This document shows, piece by piece, positions 15,492 through 21,181 of a stretch of DNA of 26,813 nt. Positions within the stretch are counted from its first letter, which is position 1. Every line of letters begins with the position of its first letter. Source of the DNA: a virus; the UHGV virus genome UHGV-0083306; one strand, given 5' to 3'. The translations under genes were made by a program, and so were the position numbers. Below the pieces are notes generated by a model. The model saw nothing but the letters and a program-made list of their open reading frames with translations, was not told the DNA's origin and ran no database searches.

Positions 15492-16352
15492 TCACCTGTC
15501 GAAAAACACGTAGCCAGTTTTCGATACGGTGATTGCGGATGATGGTTTGGATTGTGGTTGAATAGTTTCTGGCTTCTCGTCGTTCCAGCGTTGACCGTTC
15601 AGGTAGCTCGATGGTAACAACCTGTCGAATCCGAACTGCTTACCATTCCTGCATGCGATGTCTTCTGCCAGCATCGTGGCAAACTCGCTTGCCGTACCCC
15701 TGGTAGTTTTACGCCATTCCCTGAACTGTGTTCTGAATGCCGAAGCTGCGTTTTTCTTCCCGGCTTTCCGCATGCCTGCACACCAGAATATTTCCTCGAA
15801 TGCCTTGTCGGTTTCTTCGTGACGGTCATGTGATTTTTCACACTCCGTCCGAACACTTTCGGACATAGTGTTTTTATTATTTCTTTTTTCTTTTGTAATA
15901 GTTTCTTTTGTGTGTCCCTGTTTTGGTGACAGCGCTGTCACCGTTTTGGTGACACTTTTTGTCACCAATGCAGTGACATTATCACCAGAGTAGTGACACC
16001 CTTCGATTTGCCATTCTTCGATGTTCTTGTTAGGACCGATTTGCTGGCCTTCGCGAAGGATAACCTTCATCGCGATAAGCTCATTCTTGGCCTTGTTTAC
16101 CTTCTGTCTTGGCAGCCTGGTAATTTGAGCTAACTGACTATCAGAGATGCGATCCATCTTTTTACCGTAGCCGTATGTTTTACGGCATATGGCGTGGGCA
16201 ACCTTGCTCTGATTTTTCGTTAAATCTGCGCCGATAAGCTCTTCATACAGGGCATTTGCAAGACGGGTATAACCATCTTCAACTTCTGCCACACGACGCT
16301 CCACAGGCCGTTGTGAAGGCCTTAAATGTGTTACGGTTGCAAGATTACTCAT
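15492..16352 (-). CDS. Replication initiator, lambda O-like
   Basis: 286 aa. The N-terminal half is colinear with recalled lambda O ([63 protein letters not shown]). The gene contains the iterons. Confidence 0.85.
   Translation of the reverse strand: MSNLATVTHLRPSQRPVERRVAEVEDGYTRLANALYEELIGADLTKNQSKVAHAICRKTYGYGKKMDRISDSQLAQITRLPRQKVNKAKNELIAMKVILREGQQIGPNKNIEEWQIEGCHYSGDNVTALVTKSVTKTVTALSPKQGHTKETITKEKRNNKNTMSESVRTECEKSHDRHEETDKAFEEIFWCAGMRKAGKKNAASAFRTQFREWRKTTRGTASEFATMLAEDIACRNGKQFGFDRLLPSSYLNGQRWNDEKPETIQPQSKPSSAITVSKTGYVFFDR
15865..16000. repeat. Origin of replication: dyad iterons plus AT-rich tract inside the initiator gene
   Basis: The iterons are GGTGACAGCGCTGTCACC (15925..15942), TTGGTGACACTTTTTGTCACCAA (15946..15968), AGTGACATTATCACC (15972..15986) and AGTGACACC (15992..16000). 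They adjoin an AT-rich run at 15869..15912. This is the same layout as ori-lambda. Confidence 0.7.
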
Positions 16353-16491
16353 GACCTTTCTCCTTCTGCATCAGCTTCACTTTTTCCAACTCAGCCCGGA
16401 ATCGACCAGGCTGCTTGAAGCTGGACAGGAAGCGATCACGTAGTATGTGTTTGTGAATTTTGTCCTGGTAAGGACTGAGTGGTTTTGTCAT
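16345..16491 (-). CDS. 48-aa ORF immediately upstream of the initiator gene
   Basis: [53 protein letters not shown] overlap with the 134-aa ORF and an 8-nt overlap with the O-like start. Confidence 0.4.
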   Translation of the reverse strand: MTKPLSPYQDKIHKHILRDRFLSSFKQPGRFRAELEKVKLMQKEKGHE

Positions 16492-16895
16492 TAAGCCTCC
16501 TCTACTTCGTAATCAGCGAAGTAACCAGTAGACATTTTTAAAAACCTTGATTCGGTGACTGTGTAAGCCTTCCTTCCTTTCCTCTCCTTGCCTTCAGGCT
16601 CTATGAGGTGGCACGAATAAATGATTCTGCGCTGCCAGTTGCCTGGCATTTCCACCACTGCCAGAACCTCAAGAATTCTCTTTCCTTCAGCATCAGCGGT
16701 GTAAAAACACTGATCACCATAACCACAATCGGCTGGCTCATAATTTTTGTGACAACCGCCAATCCAGCGCTCATCGGTATGCACGTTGCCGTCATAAGAC
16801 TGATAATCTGTGCATACGAAGATAAATGGATATACGGTTTCGAACTTGTCACCGGCCTTTATGCCGGTGTTTACTTGCTTGGTTTGTCCTGGCAT
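16491..16895 (-). CDS. Hypothetical Cys-rich protein (134 aa) between cII and the initiator
   Basis: The track ORF 16491..17102 is trimmed to ATG 16895 (AGGAG 5 nt upstream), because the longer form overlaps cII out of frame. No recognisable domain. Confidence 0.6.
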   Translation of the reverse strand: MPGQTKQVNTGIKAGDKFETVYPFIFVCTDYQSYDGNVHTDERWIGGCHKNYEPADCGYGDQCFYTADAEGKRILEVLAVVEMPGNWQRRIIYSCHLIEPEGKERKGRKAYTVTESRFLKMSTGYFADYEVEEA

Positions 16896-16904
16896 AATTA
16901 CTCC

Positions 16905-16972
16905 TGTTACTTGGCGTAACACAGTGTGCTTAAGCGTCCAGACTGCTACCAACAGCTGGGCGTTTTTCTTTT
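16905..16972 (+). ncRNA. oop-like antisense RNA (predicted)
   Basis: On the + strand, TTTACT (16870..75), 17 nt and CATAAT (16893..98) predict a start near 16905. A strong terminator at 16935..16972 has a 10-bp stem with one bulge, a 7-nt loop and TTTTTCTTTT. The RNA would be antisense to the last ~14 cII codons and the cII-downstream spacer. Confidence 0.45.
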
Positions 16973-17208
16973 GTGAGAATCGATGCCACCTGCTGAGCAA
17001 GTCTCGCCATCTCATCATCAACAACTCCCCATTCAAGAACAGCCAGAAGCATGGCCATCTTTGGGATAAAGCTGTCTTTCCATCGCGAAATTTGCGATTC
17101 ATTAATCCCTAACGCGTCGGCAACCTTTCGCTGACCACGTACAGCAATTCGATTCAGGATGTTGCTTGTAATTGCATTCGCTTTCTTGCGAGTACTTGTA
17201 AGTTGCAT
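16930..17208 (-). CDS. cII: CII-type transcriptional activator (P22 C1-like)
   Basis: The track ORF is trimmed to ATG 17208 behind the lambda-type leader TAAGGAAATACTTACATATG. 92 aa: MQLTSTRKKANAITSNILNRIAVRGQRKVADALGINESQISRWK..LLAVLEWGVVDDEMARLAQQVA. Confidence 0.9.
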   Translation of the reverse strand: MQLTSTRKKANAITSNILNRIAVRGQRKVADALGINESQISRWKDSFIPKMAMLLAVLEWGVVDDEMARLAQQVASILTKEKRPAVGSSLDA

Positions 17209-17218
17209 ATGTAAGTAT
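17186..17218 (+). promoter_or_regulatory. pRE-like CII-dependent promoter
   Basis: TTGCGAGTACTTGT, then 13 nt, then AAGTAT. The position over the cII start and the spacing match recalled lambda pRE (TTGCGTTTGTTTGC-13-AAGTAT). Confidence 0.6.
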
Positions 17219-17287
17219 TTCCTTAGATAACAATTGATTGAATGTATGCAAATAAATGCATACACCATAGGTGTGGTTTAATTTGAT

Positions 17288-17319
17288 GCCCTTTTTCAGG
17301 GCTGGAATGTGTAAGAGCG
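17288..17319 (-). promoter_or_regulatory. nutR (boxA CGCTCTTAC, boxB GCCCTGAAAAAGGGC)
   Basis: The minus strand reads CGCTCTTACACATTCCAGCCCTGAAAAAGGGC, identical to recalled lambda nutR. The lambda-type tR1 region follows it down to cII. Confidence 0.85.
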
Positions 17320-17327
17320 TTGATAAC

Positions 17328-17558
17328 TTAAGCAGCCATTAATTCAGGCCAGATGCTTTCCCAATCAACCGGATGAAGGTCTTTGCGAGTCACTTCACCA
17401 TTGCTGAACTTCTCAATCAGAACACAAAGTGCTGCGCCCAATTCATGATTACGGCTAAGTGCTTTCCTCAAATAGCCGATAGAAGTTCCGCACTTGGTGG
17501 CAAATTCTCTCTGCTCTTCCAGTGAAAGGGAGTTCAGATACAAGCGGAGTTCTTCCAT
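17328..17558 (-). CDS. cro: Cro-like HTH repressor (first gene of pR)
   Basis: 76 aa with an HTH (FATKCGTSIGYLRKALS). GGAAGGAG lies upstream, and the gene is divergent from cI. Called Cro by position; it is not the lambda or P22 Cro sequence. Confidence 0.75.
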   Translation of the reverse strand: MEELRLYLNSLSLEEQREFATKCGTSIGYLRKALSRNHELGAALCVLIEKFSNGEVTRKDLHPVDWESIWPELMAA

Positions 17559-17590
17559 TTGCTATCTCCTTCCCGTTGTTGAATAAGGTG

Positions 17591-17660
17591 AGTTTACCTG
17601 CAGGTAAAAAACAAATCAATACCCACAGGTTATTTACCGATAGGTAATCAAAGATAGAAT
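17591..17660. promoter_or_regulatory. OR operators with divergent pR and pRM
   Basis: Operators: TTACCTGCAGGTAA (17594..17607, perfect palindrome), ATACCCACAGGTTA (17619..32) and TTACCGATAGGTAA (17634..47). pR on the minus strand is TTGATT (17619..14), 17 nt, TAAACT (17596..91). pRM on the + strand is TTTACC (17633..38), 16 nt, TAGAAT (17655..60). Confidence 0.75.
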
Positions 17661-17666
17661 TAAATC

Positions 17667-18353
17667 ATGGATAAATACGAACAAAGACGACTAAGGCTGA
17701 TAGAGATAAGAGACCGATTCTGTAATGGAAAGGCCTCAGAGTTGGCTCGTCGAATAGAAAGGGAACCATCATACGTTTCCAGAATGCTGTATCCGGAAGG
17801 AAAAAGCGGAAAAAAACGCATTGCTGACGATATGATGGAACTAATTGAAAAATCTTTTAATCTCCCACGCGGATGGATGGACATGCTTGCAGATAGCAAA
17901 GTTGGATCTGCAGACCATCTTGAGTTTGCGGGTAACGTTCGTGCGGGTTTTGTTCCGGTAATTGGTGAAGCCGTTTTGGGAGTTGATGGCTCAGTGGATA
18001 TGATTGAATTCAGATCCGGTTGGTTAAGCATCTACAGTGGCGATAAAGATGCTTACGGTCTGAAGGTTAAGGGTGACAGCATGTGGCCAAGGATTCAGTC
18101 AGGAGAATATGTTGTTATTGAACCAAATACGCCAGTACATCCAGGTGATGAAGTCTTTGTAAGGACCAAAGATGGTCATAACATGATAAAGATCATGAAC
18201 AAAACAAGAGACGGAGACTATCAGTTTAGTAGTATAAACAGCGATCACCGTCCAATCACTCTTCCTGTTGAAGAAGTTGATAAAATGCATTTTGTTTCAG
18301 CTATTGTGAAACACACTAGGTACGTAGACCAGGACGATCTGCCAAAATTTTGA
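17667..18353 (+). CDS. cI: CI repressor (HTH + S24/LexA-type autopeptidase)
   Basis: 228 aa. N-terminal HTH; C-terminal GDSMWP (Ser) and MIKIM (Lys); candidate Ala-Gly cleavage site VRA/GF. The pRM -10 ends 6 nt before the ATG, implying a leaderless mRNA as in lambda. Confidence 0.9.
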   Translation: MDKYEQRRLRLIEIRDRFCNGKASELARRIEREPSYVSRMLYPEGKSGKKRIADDMMELIEKSFNLPRGWMDMLADSKVGSADHLEFAGNVRAGFVPVIGEAVLGVDGSVDMIEFRSGWLSIYSGDKDAYGLKVKGDSMWPRIQSGEYVVIEPNTPVHPGDEVFVRTKDGHNMIKIMNKTRDGDYQFSSINSDHRPITLPVEEVDKMHFVSAIVKHTRYVDQDDLPKF

Positions 18354-18367
18354 GGATAAAGCAGCAA

Positions 18368-18664
18368 ATGTTTATACCAGGTATAGTGGTCGCTGTTGTA
18401 ATCATCTGCTTCATATGGGCAAAGTTATCTCCTGTAAGCTCTAAGCATACAGCTGAACTCATGAAGAAGAAGCATCTTATACATGAGGCAGAAACGATAA
18501 TTAAGAAGTTCAAAGGCATGTCATATGACGACATGTCATCAGATCAGATTGCTATGTATAAATGCGCCATTGAGCGTCTTGACTACTTAAACGGACTCAA
18601 ACCCAAACACACCCCGGTAGAATCAAAATTGCCGCAATGGCCAAGCAATCCAAATAGCTTCTGA
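18368..18664 (+). CDS. Small single-pass membrane protein co-transcribed with cI (rexAB position)
   Basis: 98 aa from ATG 18368 (the track starts at an upstream TTG). N-terminal TM segment FIPGIVVAVVIICFIWA, then a charged soluble domain. It lies 14 nt after the cI stop and a terminator follows directly. Confidence 0.65.
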   Translation: MFIPGIVVAVVIICFIWAKLSPVSSKHTAELMKKKHLIHEAETIIKKFKGMSYDDMSSDQIAMYKCAIERLDYLNGLKPKHTPVESKLPQWPSNPNSF

Positions 18665-18676
18665 CATCTCCTTTCA

Positions 18677-18698
18677 GCCCGCAAAGCGGGCTTTTTTA
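18677..18698 (+). terminator. Intrinsic terminator ending the cI operon
   Basis: GCCCGC-AAA-GCGGGC followed by TTTTTTAT. Confidence 0.8.
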
Positions 18699-18717
18699 TA
18701 TCAATCCAAAAAATTAA

Positions 18718-18802
18718 TTACCTGAAAATTCAAACAGGTAAACTCTCACACCAATTTTATTTACCTGCAGGTATAGACAACAGTTTTACCTGTAGGTATA
18801 TT
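18718..18802 (+). promoter_or_regulatory. OL operators and pL
   Basis: Operators TTACCTGCAGGTAT (18761..74) and TTACCTGTAGGTAT (18786..99), plus the split site TTACCTG-N10-CAGGTAA (18718..41). pL is TAGACA (18774..79), 17 nt, TATATT (18797..802). Confidence 0.7.
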
Positions 18803-18842
18803 TTAAGCCATCAGCAGGACGCACTAACCACCATGAAGGTGA

Positions 18843-18873
18843 GGCTCTTAAAAATTTAGCCCTGAAGAAGGGC
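18843..18873 (+). promoter_or_regulatory. nutL (boxA-like GGCTCTTAA, boxB GCCCTGAAGAAGGGC)
   Basis: boxB at 18859..18873 is identical to recalled lambda nutL. boxA has G for C at its first position. Confidence 0.85.
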
Positions 18874-19141
18874 AGCATTCAAAGCAGAAGGCTTTGGGGT
18901 GTGGTGAAGCCAGCTAGTCACTGGCAAGTGCTTACCTACTGTTGAGCGGTGAAGCGCTCCCAACGCTAGCAATAGCGTGGACGAGATGGGGAGCCGCGGG
19001 CGATAAGGCCGCCATAACGCGCACGTTGTCGCATGGAAAAATCACTGGGGTGCCGGTTATACCCCTCCGAATGAGACTCAACAAGCTGGAGCTAGACTAC
19101 CAGCCACCACACCACCAAAGCTAACTGACAGGAGAATCCAG

Positions 19142-19474
19142 ATGGATGCACAAACACGCCGCCGCGAACGTCGCGCAGAGAAACAGGCTCAATGGAAAGC
19201 AGCAAATCCCCTGTTAGTTGGGGTAAGCGCCAAGCCAGACACCCGCAAAATTCTCTCGCTGACTCGAAAGCCTAAATCACGCGTAGAAAGCGCTCTGAAC
19301 CCGATTGATTTAACGGTGCTGGCTGAGTATCGGGAAGAGATGGAAAAACGCGCTGAAGCTGTTGAGCGCAAGAATCATCGCACATGGTACAGCAAGCCAC
19401 GCAGTGAAATGGGGGTGACTTGTGTTGGTCGCCAGAAAATGAAATTAGGCAGTAAGCTACTGTATGAGGGGTGA
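19142..19474 (+). CDS. N: Antiterminator N (lambda type, divergent C-terminus)
   Basis: 110 aa. The first ~33 aa equal recalled lambda N, including the arginine-rich motif MDAQTRRRERRAEKQAQWKAAN. SD GGAG upstream, as in lambda. Confidence 0.92.
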   Translation: MDAQTRRRERRAEKQAQWKAANPLLVGVSAKPDTRKILSLTRKPKSRVESALNPIDLTVLAEYREEMEKRAEAVERKNHRTWYSKPRSEMGVTCVGRQKMKLGSKLLYEG

Positions 19475-19477
19475 GAT

Positions 19478-19666
19478 ATGCATAAATGTCAGTTCTGTGG
19501 ATACATGTTTGAATCAAATGAAATGCAACGTATTTCGTTAAACCTTATCGGTAGGCCATACAACATTTGCCTAGGATGTAGCGAGAAATACAAAAACAAA
19601 GACATGTGGGACGACAATAAAAACGATATCGACTGGAATAAAGTGCCATGTATTGATGATAGTTAA
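19478..19666 (+). CDS. Small zinc-ribbon-like protein (62 aa)
   Basis: CxxC..CxxC pattern (CQFCG .. CLGCS). The ATG lies 3 nt after the N stop. Confidence 0.55.
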   Translation: MHKCQFCGYMFESNEMQRISLNLIGRPYNICLGCSEKYKNKDMWDDNKNDIDWNKVPCIDDS

Positions 19667-19676
19667 AAATAATTAT

Positions 19677-19728
19677 GCCGCATAGTCGGCCTTCTTTTGG
19701 CATAAACAACAGAATAAACACTGCACTG
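19677..19728 (+). repeat. Direct repeat copy A (degenerate hairpin + GGCATAAACAACAGAATAAACAC)
   Basis: GCCGCATAGTCGGCCTTCTTTTGGCATAAACAACAGAATAAACACTGCACTG, ~90% identical to copy B. Confidence 0.7.
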
Positions 19729-19746
19729 AATTATTTGAGGTGAAAT

Positions 19747-19914
19747 ATGGAAATTGAAATACCAGACAGCTTCGACCCTGAATGGCAAGCAATGATGCTT
19801 CGCCAGTTAGCTGGGAACATTGAGGCACTTAAAAATCGAGAAGATGAACCTGACGAACTACTTATCGACTGCGAGGAAATTATCGAATCTCTTCGCGAAT
19901 ATTCAGGATTTTAA
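19747..19914 (+). CDS. Highly acidic 55-aa protein
   Basis: MEIEIPDSFDPEWQAMMLRQLAGNIEALKNREDEPDELLIDCEEIIESLREYSGF. SD GAGGTG. Below the track cutoff. It is bracketed by the two repeat copies. Confidence 0.55.
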   Translation: MEIEIPDSFDPEWQAMMLRQLAGNIEALKNREDEPDELLIDCEEIIESLREYSGF

Positions 19915-19939
19915 GGCCGAATAGTCGGCCTTTATTTTT
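19915..19939 (+). terminator. Intrinsic terminator (within repeat copy B)
   Basis: GGCCGA-ATAG-TCGGCC followed by TTTATTTTT. Confidence 0.65.
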
Positions 19940-19969
19940 GGCATAAACAACAGAATAAACACAGCACTG
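19916..19969 (+). repeat. Direct repeat copy B
   Basis: GCCGAATAGTCGGCCTTTATTTTTGGCATAAACAACAGAATAAACACAGCACTG. Confidence 0.7.
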
Positions 19970-20058
19970 TGTATTCATTCCAACGAGTGAATACACGGAG
20001 CAATGTCGCTCGTAACTAAACAGGAGCCGACTTGTTCTGATTATTGGAAATCTTCTTT

Positions 20059-20084
20059 GCCCTCCGATGTGAGGGCCTTTTTAT
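20059..20084 (+). terminator. tL2-like intrinsic terminator upstream of cIII
   Basis: GCCCTC-CGATGT-GAGGGC followed by CTTTTTAT, preceded by a U-rich stretch. Confidence 0.7.
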
Positions 20085-20148
20085 ATGCATATCAATAACG
20101 CTTCACTTGAGGCGTTTTCGTTATGCAATCAAACAGAAGGAGCATCCT

Positions 20149-20319
20149 ATGCAACAGTTCGCTATTGCAGGGGCGGCATCGGTTCGCCCTTTCAACCCGA
20201 TTTTATCGGTACAGCATTCACGAAAAAATATTTTAACCGGAGCAGACTTTAAACAACCAAGAATGAAAAGTTTGCTCGAAAAGCTTTGGGATATTTTGAA
20301 ACAACAAGGCCGTCCATGA
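20149..20319 (+). CDS. cIII: CIII-like FtsH inhibitor
   Basis: The track ORF is trimmed to ATG 20149 (AAGGAG 6 nt upstream). 56 aa: MQQFAIAG..LLEKLWDILKQQGRP resembles recalled lambda CIII (MQYAIAGW..LRDGWKRLIDILNQPG). Its position before the recombination genes also fits. Confidence 0.75.
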   Translation: MQQFAIAGAASVRPFNPILSVQHSRKNILTGADFKQPRMKSLLEKLWDILKQQGRP

Positions 20320-20486
20320 GTTTTACAGATAACTGGTCAGACGAAGAATTCATTCGTCAGATGAAAGAATTAATCGGTAACGAAGGAGATATTCATGTCA
20401 CTTGCAACCACAGTGAAGGAGAGCAAGTTACAGAGGCGCATGTACACGCAGCAGGCGTTAATGTATCGCCAGAAGGGAGATCGTGA
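20316..20486 (+). CDS. Hypothetical 56-aa protein (kil position)
   Basis: The ATG lies in an ATGA overlap with the cIII stop. It overlaps the next ORF by 92 nt out of frame, so one of the two may be shorter or spurious. Confidence 0.4.
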   Translation: MSFTDNWSDEEFIRQMKELIGNEGDIHVTCNHSEGEQVTEAHVHAAGVNVSPEGRS

Positions 20487-20583
20487 AGGTGTTCGCGTAT
20501 TTTTAAATGCGGCAAAGACTGAAGTATTAAATCAGCGTTATTTCCTTGGGCCATGTCCATTCTTAGAACAAACATATGAGTAA
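20395..20583 (+). CDS. Hypothetical 62-aa protein (kil/arf position)
   Basis: Strong SD AAGGAG 6 nt upstream. The stop overlaps the erf start. An internal ATG at 20440 would give 47 aa, the length I recall for P22 Arf. Confidence 0.5.
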   Translation: MSLATTVKESKLQRRMYTQQALMYRQKGDREGVRVFLNAAKTEVLNQRYFLGPCPFLEQTYE

Positions 20584-21181
20584 AGAATTTTACGCAAGAC
20601 TGGCAGCTATTCAGGAGAATCTGAACGCGCCAAAGAATCAGTACAACTCATTCGGTAAATATAAATACAGAAGCTGCGAAGACATTCTTGAAGGCGTTAA
20701 GCCGTTACTGAATGGTCTGTTTTTATCAATCAGCGATGAAGTTGTGTTGATTGGTGATCGGTATTACGTGAAAGCCACGGCAACTATTACTGATGGCGAA
20801 AACAGTCATACGGCAACCGCTCTTGCACGAGAGGAAGAAAGCAAGAAAGGAATGGATTCTGCACAAGTTACGGGAGCTACAAGCTCTTATGCACGCAAGT
20901 ATTGCCTCAATGGTTTGTTCGGCATTGATGATGCGAAAGATGCAGATACAGACGAGCATAAACATCAGCAGAACGCAGTAGCAAAGCAATCAAAACCATC
21001 ACCTACACCTGAACAGGTTCTAAAAGCATTCACTGACGCAGCAATGCAGAAAAACACCGTGGAAGAGCTTAAACAGGCGTTCGCCAAAGCGTGGAAGATG
21101 CTCGAAGGCACACCGGAGCAGCACAAAGCGCAGGACGTTTACAACATCAGACGAGACGAATTAGAAGGAGCGGCTGCTTAA
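20576..21181 (+). CDS. erf: Erf single-strand annealing recombinase (P22 type)
   Basis: 201 aa. The first ~130 aa are nearly identical to recalled P22 Erf (MSKEFYARLAAIQENLNAPKNQYNSFGKYKYRSCEDILEGVKPLL..DRYYVKATATITDGENSH). Confidence 0.92.
   Translation: MSKEFYARLAAIQENLNAPKNQYNSFGKYKYRSCEDILEGVKPLLNGLFLSISDEVVLIGDRYYVKATATITDGENSHTATALAREEESKKGMDSAQVTGATSSYARKYCLNGLFGIDDAKDADTDEHKHQQNAVAKQSKPSPTPEQVLKAFTDAAMQKNTVEELKQAFAKAWKMLEGTPEQHKAQDVYNIRRDELEGAAA

Noticed and set aside
16896-17102. N-terminal extension of the 203-aa track ORF 16491..17102
   Set aside because: The extension overlaps the cII coding region out of frame. An internal ATG at 16895 with an AGGAG SD, located just after the cII stop, gives a sensible 134-aa gene.
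17162-17175. Perfect TTGC-N6-TTGC (TTGCTTGTAATTGC) inside cII as the pRE CII site
   Set aside because: Thirteen nt downstream lies CGAGTA, not a -10-like hexamer. The neighbouring TTGCGAGTACTTGT (17186..17199) reproduces the lambda pRE spacing to AAGTAT. The perfect site may still bind CII, but I do not call it a promoter.
17660-18031. 123-aa minus-strand ORF over the cI 5' half
   Set aside because: It is antisense to the cI gene and would start inside the operator region. The translation is Ser/Pro-rich and low-complexity.
18942-19124. 60-aa TTG-start ORF in the N leader
   Set aside because: It has no SD and a non-ATG start, and it lies in a GC-rich hairpin-dense leader. It is better explained as RNA structure.
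20044-20148. Upstream extension of the cIII ORF (91-aa form)
   Set aside because: The extension would be translated through the tL2-like terminator hairpin. ATG 20149 has a strong SD and yields a CIII-sized protein.
21091-21180. Upstream extension of the SSB ORF (157-aa form)
   Set aside because: It overlaps the erf 3' end out of frame. ATG 21181 in a TAATG junction gives a compact OB-fold protein.
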